DNA from: an uncultured Saprospiraceae bacterium
GTDB lineage: Bacteria > Bacteroidota > Bacteroidia > Chitinophagales > Saprospiraceae
DNA: 64,000 nt
Assembly: GCA_964525165.1 (NCBI GenBank)
Contig: CAZGGG010000006.1
Location: 97-64,096 of the forward strand
Direction of reading: 5' to 3'
Each line of letters begins with the position of its first letter. Within the stretch, counting starts at the first letter, position 1. Positions 55,571-64,000 of the stretch are shown piece after piece. Under the pieces are notes generated by a model that worked only from the letters and a program-made list of their open reading frames with translations, did no database searches and was not told where the DNA came from. Made by a program: the position numbers and the translations under genes.

Positions 55571-56983
55571 ATGAGCGCGATAACATCTCCAATAAGAGAA
55601 CCATTAGTACAAGGTGGTAAGACCTACCATCAGATTACAGAAGATATTTGCTCCCCAACAGAGCGTACCCCTTCTGTAGCATGGGTGCTGGCCTTCATAG
55701 TTTCTGTCGGCTTTTTGGCACTGTACATTTTTACTGTAGCCTGGACCATTTGGGTGGGAATTGGCTCGTGGAACTTAAACAGAACCATTGGATGGGGTTG
55801 GGATATTACCAACTTTGTTTGGTGGGTGGGAATCGGTCATGCCGGTACTCTGATTTCTGCGATCCTCTTGCTCTTCCGACAAAAATGGAGAACAGGTGTA
55901 AACCGGGCAGCAGAGGCGATGACGATCTTTGCGGTAATCTGTGCCGGGCAGTTTCCATTAATTCACATGGGTCGATTGTGGTTAGGATTTTTCATTTTTC
56001 CTTATCCCAATACCAGAGGTCCTTTGTGGGTGAATTTTAACTCTCCACTATTATGGGACGTTTTTGCGATTTCGACCTATTTCACGGTATCACTCTTATT
56101 CTGGTACACAGGTTTAGTACCTGACTTTGCTACCGTTCGGGACAGAGCAAAAGGTATTCGTAAAAAGTTATATAGTCTGTTATCTTTCGGATGGACAGGA
56201 TCTGCTAAGCACTGGCAGAGATGGGAATCTCTATCACTGGTTTTAGCCGGTTTGGCTACGCCATTGGTACTTTCTGTACACACCATTGTAAGTTTTGACT
56301 TCGCCACTTCAGTTATTCCGGGTTGGCATACAACTATCTTCCCTCCATACTTCGTGGCAGGAGCTATCTTCTCAGGTTTCGCAATGGTGCAAACCTTGAT
56401 GTTGATCACTCGAAAAGTATTAAAGCTTGAGAACTACATCACTTTAGGACATATTGAGTCCATGAATAAGGTGATACTATTAACAGGAACTATTGTAGGT
56501 GTTGCTTACCTTACCGAGTTATTTATTGCTTGGTATAGTGGTTACATCTACGAGCAATTTGCATTCTACAACAGAGCCCTGGGACCTTATTGGTGGTCAT
56601 ATTTTGGTATGATGACTTGTAACCTTGTTTCTCCACAGATTTTCTGGTCTAAGAAAATGAGAAGAAACATCTTCGTCACTTTTGTGATGTCCATCTTCGT
56701 GAACATCGGAATGTGGTTTGAGCGATTTGTGATTATCGCAACCACCCTGGCGAGAGATTATTTGCCTTCCAGTTGGAGTTATTATGTTCCTACCTGGGTA
56801 GAGATTGGTATCTTCTTAGGAACATTGGGATTATTCTTTACACTCTTCCTCATTTTCGTTAGGGTCGCACCGGTTGTGGCAATTGCTGAGATCAAGAGTA
56901 TTTTGAAGAGTGCCGGTGATCAGTACGTCGAGGAACAAACAGATTACATTAAGGAAAAGCAATTTTCAGGACAAGAAGCTTAA
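55571..56983 (+). CDS. actC: Alternative complex III subunit ActC (NrfD/PsrC-like quinol-interacting membrane subunit)
   Basis: 470 aa with about 10 TM helices. Has an NrfD-like pattern (WGW.I..F.WW.GI.HAG) and sits directly after ActB. Confidence 0.9.
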   Translation: MSAITSPIREPLVQGGKTYHQITEDICSPTERTPSVAWVLAFIVSVGFLALYIFTVAWTIWVGIGSWNLNRTIGWGWDITNFVWWVGIGHAGTLISAILLLFRQKWRTGVNRAAEAMTIFAVICAGQFPLIHMGRLWLGFFIFPYPNTRGPLWVNFNSPLLWDVFAISTYFTVSLLFWYTGLVPDFATVRDRAKGIRKKLYSLLSFGWTGSAKHWQRWESLSLVLAGLATPLVLSVHTIVSFDFATSVIPGWHTTIFPPYFVAGAIFSGFAMVQTLMLITRKVLKLENYITLGHIESMNKVILLTGTIVGVAYLTELFIAWYSGYIYEQFAFYNRALGPYWWSYFGMMTCNLVSPQIFWSKKMRRNIFVTFVMSIFVNIGMWFERFVIIATTLARDYLPSSWSYYVPTWVEIGIFLGTLGLFFTLFLIFVRVAPVVAIAEIKSILKSAGDQYVEEQTDYIKEKQFSGQEA

Positions 56984-56992
56984 TCTAGAGAT

Positions 56993-57517
56993 ATGTCAAG
57001 CAAGAAAGTATTATTCGGTCTTTATGACGATGAGCAGGACTTGATGTCTGCAGTGCGCAAAGCCAATGAAAAGCATTTGGAAATTATGGACGTTTATTCT
57101 CCATTTCCGGTGCATGGATTGGATCCCATTTTAGGATTAAAAGAGTCCAGGTTACACATAGTTGGATTTATTTTTGGTGCATTGGGAACTTTGACGGCTT
57201 TTGGCTTTATGACTTGGGCATTAGCTTCCGATTGGCCTATTATCTACGGAGGAAAGCCTTATTGGCCGGTACCTTCCTTTATCCCTATTACCTTTGAGTT
57301 AACTGTATTGTTCGCCAGTATAGGGATGGTGGTTACTTTTTACACCATTTGCGGAATGGGCCCCGGAGTCAGCAATCCCGTTTTACATGACCGGATCACA
57401 GATGATAAATTCTGTATTGCATTCAATGTATCCAATACAGACGATACGCATAACAGCGAATTAGAAAGCTATTTTCAAGAAACAGGAGCCACTTTAGTCG
57501 AAACTAAAGAGCTATAA
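56993..57517 (+). CDS. actD: Alternative complex III subunit ActD (DUF3341)
   Basis: 174 aa. LFGLYDDEQDLMSAVRKA......I.DVYSPFPVHGL, then two TM helices. Confidence 0.88.
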   Translation: MSSKKVLFGLYDDEQDLMSAVRKANEKHLEIMDVYSPFPVHGLDPILGLKESRLHIVGFIFGALGTLTAFGFMTWALASDWPIIYGGKPYWPVPSFIPITFELTVLFASIGMVVTFYTICGMGPGVSNPVLHDRITDDKFCIAFNVSNTDDTHNSELESYFQETGATLVETKEL

Positions 57518-57527
57518 AACTGCTGCG

Positions 57528-58388
57528 ATGATAAAAGAACAGATGAACTACCTGACTTTATGGGCATTGGGCTTAACCCTTTTTGGGTTGGCTTCTTGCA
57601 GTCCTGCAGGAGGTGAAGATACAGGGCATGAGTATATGCCGGACATGAAGCACAGTATTGCTTATGAGTCCAACTATTATAATTTCTACAGCAATAACAC
57701 CTGGGGTACTGAAGAAGAGTATCATAAGATGGCTCAACCAAGAAAACCTGTAGCAGGGACAGTACCCAGAGGATATACTGCGGTAGCTACTTCTGATGAT
57801 CGATCGGAAGTTAGCTCCTATGATAATAGTTTAAACGGTTATGTACCCTATTACTATGAGGATACTGAAGAAGAACGAATTCGAGCTACCAATGAAATCC
57901 AGGAAAACCCATTCCCCATCACGGAGATAGGTTTGATCAAGGGCGAAGAGCTGTATAATATTAATTGTGGTATTTGTCACGGTGAAAAAGGTGATGGTGC
58001 CGGTTATTTGGTTCGAGATGATGGGGGGAAATATCCCGCTCAGCCTGCCAATTTCCTCACGGATGAATTCGTGAATGCAAGTCCGGGCAGATATTATCAC
58101 TCGATCATGTATGGTAAAAACGTAATGGGTTATTACAAGGATAAATTATCCTATCGTGAGCGCTGGGATGTGATCCACTGGATCCGGGCCCTTCAAGCGA
58201 AAGACCGTAAACTTACTTATAGCCATGAAGAGAACACTTTGAATGCATATGCAACTCCTGTTGCCATGGTGCCTCAAAAGGTAAAAGAAATGCCTGAGGT
58301 TATGGAAGAGGAGCATCACGACGATCATGGTGACCATGGAGAAATGCAGGGGCATCATGGTGAAGAAGGACACGGAGATTCACATTAA
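57528..58388 (+). CDS. actE: Alternative complex III subunit ActE (monoheme cytochrome c lipoprotein) with a His/acid-rich C-terminal tail
   Basis: Lipobox (GLASCS) and a single CGICHG heme site with a downstream Met (IMYGKNVMG). The tail reads EEEHHDDHGDHGEMQGHHGEEGHGDSH. Confidence 0.85.
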   Translation: MIKEQMNYLTLWALGLTLFGLASCSPAGGEDTGHEYMPDMKHSIAYESNYYNFYSNNTWGTEEEYHKMAQPRKPVAGTVPRGYTAVATSDDRSEVSSYDNSLNGYVPYYYEDTEEERIRATNEIQENPFPITEIGLIKGEELYNINCGICHGEKGDGAGYLVRDDGGKYPAQPANFLTDEFVNASPGRYYHSIMYGKNVMGYYKDKLSYRERWDVIHWIRALQAKDRKLTYSHEENTLNAYATPVAMVPQKVKEMPEVMEEEHHDDHGDHGEMQGHHGEEGHGDSH

Positions 58389-58416
58389 TTCAGAAAGCTG
58401 ACTTTAAAGACAGATA

Positions 58417-59706
58417 ATGGAAAATATCAGTATACCACAAAATTTTAAGTTTGAAGGGCGCACAAAGACCTTACTGTTTGCTCTTATGGCTGTAGGTTTG
58501 GTATGTCTTGGCATCAATTTTTTTGTAGATGATGAGCATCATACCCGCTTTTGGTCCAACATCTTACTGAACACAGCTTTCTTTACCGGAATAGCTTTGA
58601 TGGGACTATTCTTCTATGCTGCTAATATTGTAGCATTATCAGGATGGTACACCGGCTTCAAAAGAATCTGGGAAGCGATGTATGGATTCCTACCGCTAGG
58701 TTTGATCTTGATGGCCATCATCGGATTAGGGACTATTTTTGACTTTCACACTTTATACCATTGGGCTATAGAGGAAGAAGTAGCTAATGATACATTACTT
58801 CAGCATAAATCACCTTTTTTGAATAGTGGTTGGTATATGTTGGCTACAGTAGTTTTTGGTGCCATTTGGTTTGTCATTGGAATGATTATCCGAAATATAT
58901 CCAAGAAGGAAGATGAAAGCGGGGACATGAGTTTCTCCCATCATAAGAAGATGCGCGTCTGGGCTGCAATCTTTTTGCCTATTGGAGGCTTCACAGTAGC
59001 AGCAGCGGTGTGGCTATGGGTTATGAGTGTTGACCCTCATTGGTATAGCACCTTGTTTGCATGGTATTGCATGATTTCATGGTTAGTTTCCATGTTTGCT
59101 TTGACCATTTTGTTAATGATCTACCTGAAGTCAAAGGATTACTTCCCGAATGTAACGAAAGAACATTTACATGACTTGGGTAAGTTCTTGTTTGCATTTA
59201 GCATTTTCTGGACTTACCTATGGTTTTCTCAGTTTATGTTGATCTGGTACGGAAATGTCGGAGAAGAGACGATTTATTTCAAAACACGAATGGATGACTA
59301 TCCTGTGATGTTTTTTGCAAATCTTTTGATCAATTTCATATTACCATTTTTGGTATTAATGAGAAATGATACAAAGAGAAAAATAGGAACCTTGACTTTT
59401 GTAGCCGTGTTTGTTTTTGTTGGGCACTGGTTAGATTATTTCTTAATGCTAAAGCCGGGGATATTGCATACTGCACACGAAATTGGAGGTCATGATGCTC
59501 ATGCAGCACATGATGCAGCACACGGCGCAGCAGAACACGCCTCTCATTTTGTTTCAGGTTTTACAATTCCAGGACTTTTAGACATCGGAATATTCGTTGG
59601 GTTCTTGGGATTGTTCTTGTATTTCTTCTTTAGCCGTTTGGCAAATGCAAAATTGGTTCCTTCGAAGGATCCGTATTTGGAAGAATCATTACATCACCAC
59701 GTGTAA
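58417..59706 (+). CDS. actF: Alternative complex III subunit ActF (second polytopic membrane subunit)
   Basis: 429 aa, polytopic, in the position after ActE. Contains a His-rich loop, HEIGGHDAHAAHDAAHGAAEHASH. Confidence 0.82.
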   Translation: MENISIPQNFKFEGRTKTLLFALMAVGLVCLGINFFVDDEHHTRFWSNILLNTAFFTGIALMGLFFYAANIVALSGWYTGFKRIWEAMYGFLPLGLILMAIIGLGTIFDFHTLYHWAIEEEVANDTLLQHKSPFLNSGWYMLATVVFGAIWFVIGMIIRNISKKEDESGDMSFSHHKKMRVWAAIFLPIGGFTVAAAVWLWVMSVDPHWYSTLFAWYCMISWLVSMFALTILLMIYLKSKDYFPNVTKEHLHDLGKFLFAFSIFWTYLWFSQFMLIWYGNVGEETIYFKTRMDDYPVMFFANLLINFILPFLVLMRNDTKRKIGTLTFVAVFVFVGHWLDYFLMLKPGILHTAHEIGGHDAHAAHDAAHGAAEHASHFVSGFTIPGLLDIGIFVGFLGLFLYFFFSRLANAKLVPSKDPYLEESLHHHV

Positions 59707-59736
59707 CAAAAAATTAAAAAATCTTAAATCACATCC

Positions 59737-61167
59737 ATGACTATTTTACTTGGAATATTGTGTTTGGCCCTTTTGGTCATTGTGATCGTGCAAATCGGAA
59801 AAGTAACCGAGCTTGCCGGCAGAATCAGAGGTGAGGAAGATGCTCAGAGAGAAAGCGATTATTGGAATTCCCGGCTGGGAGTTGCCTTTATGGTTGTTTT
59901 CTTGTTAGCAACCGTTGTTTCAGCTCTATACTACAAGAATTTTATGTTGGGCTATGGTCCTCATCAAGCTGCCTCAGAGCATGGTAGTGGTATTGATACC
60001 ATGTTTTCGATTACCCTTTTCTTTACGGGAATCGTTTTCATCATTACCCACATCGCTTTGTTCTGGTTTGCTTATAAATATCGTTACAACGAGAACCGTA
60101 AAGCACTTTTCAATCCTCATGATAATAGATTAGAGATTATCTGGACGATTATTCCGGCCATTGTAATGACGATTCTGGTTGTTTATGGTTTGGATACCTG
60201 GAACACTGTAATGGCCGATGTAGACCCCAATGAGGAATATATCGAGATTGAGGCTACAGGTATGCAGTTTGCCTGGATTCTTAGATATGCCGGTGAAGAT
60301 GGTGAGCTTGGAGCCAGGGATTATCGTCAAATTACCGGAGTAAATCCTCTGGGACAGGTTTGGGAAGATGAAGCCAACCATGATGATTTTCAACCAAGCG
60401 ACATCGTTCTACCTGTTGGTAAAAAAGTTAGGGTAAGAATTACTGCCCGTGATGTATTGCACAATTTTTATTTACCTCATTTTAGAGTTAAGATGGATGC
60501 CGTTCCCGGGATGCCCACATATTTCGTGTTTACTCCGACGAAAACTACTGAGGAATATAGACAAGAATTAAGTAGGTATGCTGAATATCAGGTGCCTGTA
60601 GATCCTAATGATCCGGAATCACCTATGTTATGGGAACAGTTCAATTACGAATTGGCCTGTGCAGAACTTTGCGGAAGCGGACACTTCTCTATGCGTAAGC
60701 TTGTCAAAATTGTGAGTCAGGAGGAGTACGACGCATGGGTAGCGGAACAGCCTTCCTATTATTTAAGTAATGTGCGAGGTACCGATGATGACCCTTATAA
60801 GGGAGACCTTTTAGGGCTAGAGGTAGAGGAAGCGCTATCGCCAGCTATGACTTCTTTAGCATTACTATCTGATGTTTCTGAAGAAGAAATGAAGGACTTA
60901 TCTGCAGATGATATGACCGTCGACTTGAATGTAGATGCTTTATTCATGGAAGGATCTTCCGAGCTTAGTCCGGTTGTGGAAGAGAAACTTTCCATGTTGG
61001 CAACTTCAATGACCAACGCGAAAGGTGCTGAGCTGAGTCTGACAGCAGAGTCTGACGACTTGCAATTAAATGACAATCGAATAGCTGCCATCAAGAACTA
61101 TTTAGGCAGTCAGGGAATTGATATTACAAAAATAACGAATGCTTCTTTGGAAGCTGAAGAACTATAA
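59737..61167 (+). CDS. coxB: Cytochrome c oxidase subunit II with a ~125-aa acidic C-terminal extension
   Basis: Two N-terminal TM helices. CuA site HNFYLPHF...CAELCGSGHFSM. The extension starts at about nt 60778 and has no CxxCH. Confidence 0.93.
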   Translation: MTILLGILCLALLVIVIVQIGKVTELAGRIRGEEDAQRESDYWNSRLGVAFMVVFLLATVVSALYYKNFMLGYGPHQAASEHGSGIDTMFSITLFFTGIVFIITHIALFWFAYKYRYNENRKALFNPHDNRLEIIWTIIPAIVMTILVVYGLDTWNTVMADVDPNEEYIEIEATGMQFAWILRYAGEDGELGARDYRQITGVNPLGQVWEDEANHDDFQPSDIVLPVGKKVRVRITARDVLHNFYLPHFRVKMDAVPGMPTYFVFTPTKTTEEYRQELSRYAEYQVPVDPNDPESPMLWEQFNYELACAELCGSGHFSMRKLVKIVSQEEYDAWVAEQPSYYLSNVRGTDDDPYKGDLLGLEVEEALSPAMTSLALLSDVSEEEMKDLSADDMTVDLNVDALFMEGSSELSPVVEEKLSMLATSMTNAKGAELSLTAESDDLQLNDNRIAAIKNYLGSQGIDITKITNASLEAEEL

Positions 61168-61193
61168 ATAACCAAACCACTAAATCATACGGT

Positions 61194-63053
61194 ATGTCAA
61201 CTTTGGTACGACAATATGATACAGATGAATTGATTGAGAAGTACGGTCATGATGATCATTTCCATGAAGAGGAACATGAGCATCACGATAAGTATCAGTC
61301 AAACTTCATTTCGCACTATATCTTCTCAATGGATCACAAAATGATCTCCAAACAGTTCCTGATCACAGGAATGATCTGGGGTTTCATTGGAGGTATGATG
61401 TCGTTGATATTCAGGTTGCAATTGGGTTTTCCTGAAGAAAGTTTAGCATGGCTGAAGCCTTTGCTAGGAAAGTGGATCGTAGTGAATGAACTCGGAATCG
61501 GTACATTGTCTCCTGAGTTCTATTATGCTTTGGTAACCATGCACGGTACCATTTTGGTATTCTTTGTATTGACAGCCGGATTGTCCGGTACCTTCAGTAA
61601 TCTACTCATTCCGTTGCAAATTGGTGCAAGGGATATGGCCTCACCATTTATGAACATGCTATCCTTCTGGTTCTTTTTCCTCGCGGGTGTAGTTATGTTC
61701 TTCTCACTTTTCGTGAGTACAGGCCCTTTCTCTGGCGGTTGGGTAGCTTATCCTCCCTTATCTGCTTTACCGGAGGCTTCGTCCGGGTCAGGGGTAGGGA
61801 TGACCTTGTGGTTGGTTTCTTTGGCATTGTTCGTGGTTTCGATACTCTTAGGAGGTATTAATTATATCACTACCGTACTGAACATGCGTACACAAGGTTT
61901 AAGCATGTGGAGATTGCCTTTAACAATCTGGGCATTCTTAATCACGGCCATAATTGGTTTATTAAGTTTCCCTGTATTGTTCAGTGGTTTCTTATTATTG
62001 ATTTTCGACAGAAGCTTCGGAACTAGCTTTTACCTCTCAGAAATATTTATTGGAGGGCAAGCTCTTGACCATGTCGGTGGAAGCCCTGTATTGTACCAGC
62101 ATTTATTCTGGTTCTTAGGTCACCCTGAGGTATATATTATCATTCTGCCTGCGATGGGGATTGTTTCAGAGGTTCTATCTGTGCATTCTCGTAAACCTAT
62201 CTTTGGTTATAAAGCGATGGTCTTCTCAATATTGGCTATTGCATTTCTAAGTTTCATCGTTTGGGCGCATCACATGTTTATGGCTGGTATTAATCCATTT
62301 ATCGCCATGATATTTGTGGTATTTACATTGATCATTGCGGTGCCCTCAGCGGTGAAAGTATTTAACTGGATCGCGACCTTGTATGGTGGGAATATTAGGT
62401 TTAATTCTGCATCACTATTCGGGATAGGCTTCGTTTCCTTGTTTATATCTGGAGGTTTGACGGGGATTTTCTTGGGTAACTCTGCGATTGATATTCAGAT
62501 GCATGATACTTACTTTGTAGTAGCTCACTTCCATATTGTTATGGGTGTAGCAGCCTTCTTTGGTATGTATGCAGGTATCTATCACTGGTTCCCTAAAATG
62601 TACCAACGTTTTATGAATGAAACCTTAGGAAAGATTCACTTTTGGGTGACACTAGTAGGGGCCTACCTCATTTTCTGGCCTATGCATTACTTAGGAATTG
62701 CCGGTGTACCCAGAAGATACTATAGCTTCGATAACTTTGACACGTTCTCTCAGTTCTCTACGATGAATCAAATGATTACGATCGCAGCCATTATTGTTTT
62801 TGCTGCTCAGATAGTATTCGTTGTGAATTTCTTCTACAGCATTTGGAAAGGTAGAAAAGTAGAAGTGAAGAATCCATGGGGAGCCACAACCTTGGAATGG
62901 ACGACTCCGATCGAACCTATCCATGGAAACTGGCCAGGTAAGATACCAACTGTACACAGATGGTCCTATGACTATAGTAAAGATGAAGGTGTAGATTATA
63001 TTCCTCAAGTAGTTCCTTTGAAAGAAGGAGAAGTTACTGATGGAGCTCACTAA
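61194..63053 (+). CDS. ctaD: Cytochrome c oxidase subunit I
   Basis: 619 aa. WFLGHPEVYIIILP, WAHHMF and HDTYFVVAHFHIVM. The N-terminus has a His/Glu-rich segment. Confidence 0.97.
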   Translation: MSTLVRQYDTDELIEKYGHDDHFHEEEHEHHDKYQSNFISHYIFSMDHKMISKQFLITGMIWGFIGGMMSLIFRLQLGFPEESLAWLKPLLGKWIVVNELGIGTLSPEFYYALVTMHGTILVFFVLTAGLSGTFSNLLIPLQIGARDMASPFMNMLSFWFFFLAGVVMFFSLFVSTGPFSGGWVAYPPLSALPEASSGSGVGMTLWLVSLALFVVSILLGGINYITTVLNMRTQGLSMWRLPLTIWAFLITAIIGLLSFPVLFSGFLLLIFDRSFGTSFYLSEIFIGGQALDHVGGSPVLYQHLFWFLGHPEVYIIILPAMGIVSEVLSVHSRKPIFGYKAMVFSILAIAFLSFIVWAHHMFMAGINPFIAMIFVVFTLIIAVPSAVKVFNWIATLYGGNIRFNSASLFGIGFVSLFISGGLTGIFLGNSAIDIQMHDTYFVVAHFHIVMGVAAFFGMYAGIYHWFPKMYQRFMNETLGKIHFWVTLVGAYLIFWPMHYLGIAGVPRRYYSFDNFDTFSQFSTMNQMITIAAIIVFAAQIVFVVNFFYSIWKGRKVEVKNPWGATTLEWTTPIEPIHGNWPGKIPTVHRWSYDYSKDEGVDYIPQVVPLKEGEVTDGAH

Positions 63054-63078
63054 CATTTAAAGAGTTTCCCAATAAATA

Positions 63079-63996
63079 GTGGATAAACACACAAACATAT
63101 TAGCAGAGAAGTTAAGCCTGGTTGACAGGCTTACTTCTTTTTTGAAGTTAACCGCTTCTTTATTTAAAGCAAGGCTGAGTTTGTTGGTGGTGTTCAGTAG
63201 CCTCTTGGGTGCTGCCATTACCTCAACAGGATCCCTTTCTTTCGGACAATATCTGTTGTTAGGCCTGGGAGGGTTTTTAGTGGCAGGAAGTGCCAGTGGT
63301 GCTAATCAATGGTTTGAGCGCGATCTGGATAAGATAATGAAACGAACCATGGATCGTCCTTTGGTGACAAGAAGGTTAGATTTATCAGTGGCTTTATTGT
63401 TAATTGGACTTGCAGTCATTCTCGGCTTGGGTTTGCTGTATTGGATCAGCTCTTCTGTTGCTGTTATTTCAGGATTAGCATGGTTCCTATATGTGTTGGT
63501 GTACACCCCTATGAAGAGGATCAGTCCTTTTGCGGTTTTTGTAGGCGCTATTCCCGGAGCTTTACCGGTATTGTCCGGAACGGTTGCAGCAGAAGGCACT
63601 ATTACATTGTTTGGTTTTACCATTTTTGCCTTGCAATTTATTTGGCAGTTTCCGCATTTTTGGGCGATTGCCTGGTTAGCAGATGAAGATTATAAAAAAG
63701 CAGGATTCCAATTATTGCCGTCTGTGGATGGTCGTAAAAATGAGGTCACCGGTTGGCAATCTTTTACCTATTCGGTTTTATTGATTCCGGTTTCATTGGT
63801 GATGCTTTATAATGACTTTTTTGGATGGACAACATTCAGTCTTTTGAATGTGGTCAATCTTTTTTATATCGTAAAAGCATGGGCTTTGTACAGTAAGGTA
63901 AACGATGCAGCAGCTCGTAAATTGATGTTTGCTTCTTTTATTTACTTGCCCTTAGCCTTGATCATAATTTTTCTGGGCGTAACATTCGGATTGTAG
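63079..63996 (+). CDS. cyoE: Protoheme IX farnesyltransferase (heme O synthase)
   Basis: 305 aa with a GTG start. UbiA-type motif NQWFERDLDKIMKRTMDRPL, polytopic, and positioned after cox subunit I. Confidence 0.9.
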   Translation: MDKHTNILAEKLSLVDRLTSFLKLTASLFKARLSLLVVFSSLLGAAITSTGSLSFGQYLLLGLGGFLVAGSASGANQWFERDLDKIMKRTMDRPLVTRRLDLSVALLLIGLAVILGLGLLYWISSSVAVISGLAWFLYVLVYTPMKRISPFAVFVGAIPGALPVLSGTVAAEGTITLFGFTIFALQFIWQFPHFWAIAWLADEDYKKAGFQLLPSVDGRKNEVTGWQSFTYSVLLIPVSLVMLYNDFFGWTTFSLLNVVNLFYIVKAWALYSKVNDAAARKLMFASFIYLPLALIIIFLGVTFGL

Positions 63997-64000
63997 AAGA

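Noticed and set aside
1-64000. Scan for CRISPR arrays, rRNA/tRNA genes, IS elements, integrases, phage genes, toxin-antitoxin pairs or defence-system genes
   Set aside because: No spaced direct-repeat array was seen. No tRNA-like T-arm (GGTTCGAATCC-type) was seen in any intergenic region. No translation has transposase, integrase, nuclease or reverse-transcriptase hallmarks. The window reads as core metabolism and envelope genes.

Overview
This 64 kb window looks like core chromosome of a Bacteroidota bacterium. The evidence is a SusC/SusD pair, T9SS type A and type B C-terminal sorting domains, TAnnTTTG-type -7 promoter boxes, and an alternative complex III (ACIII) plus cytochrome c oxidase cluster. 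It appears moderately AT-rich by eye; I did not compute this. All gene identities come from motif recognition in the supplied translations, with no database search.

Gene order, left to right:
- S41 peptidase tail, tsaC-like gene, a large T9SS type-B adhesin-like protein, and rplS.
- A tightly overlapping envelope cassette: membrane metallophosphoesterase, small lipoprotein, GWxTD protein, secreted hypothetical.
- topA, then lpxB-hypothetical-surE on the minus strand, hemH, and holA.
- A PUL-like locus: Y_Y_Y/LuxR regulator, SusC, SusD, two surface lipoproteins and a sodium:solute symporter, with no recognisable glycoside hydrolase.
- A T9SS FG-GAP protein, an amidotransferase, a DUF2461-like protein, a GNAT, ggt and a Lon-N-domain protein.
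- An 1820-aa thioester alpha-2-macroglobulin lipoprotein.
- pepT, yceI, marR, sppA, a deoxynucleoside kinase and folK.
- An AGCS symporter with an apparent 5' frameshift, and a lipoprotein gene with an in-frame TAA in its lipobox.
- A long UbiD-type decarboxylase and thyA.
- A 13 kb respiratory supercluster: actABCDEF, cox subunit II, cox subunit I and heme O synthase.

I found no rRNA, tRNA, CRISPR array, transposase, integrase or recognisable defence genes. I cannot support a clearly novel multi-gene system here. The most second-look-worthy items are:
- the enzyme-less PUL and its phased direct repeats;
- the overlapping GWxTD envelope cassette;
- the two disrupted genes at 46.9-47.9 kb;
- the Cys-rich insertion in HemH;
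- the His-rich segments and the OmpA-like tail on respiratory subunits.
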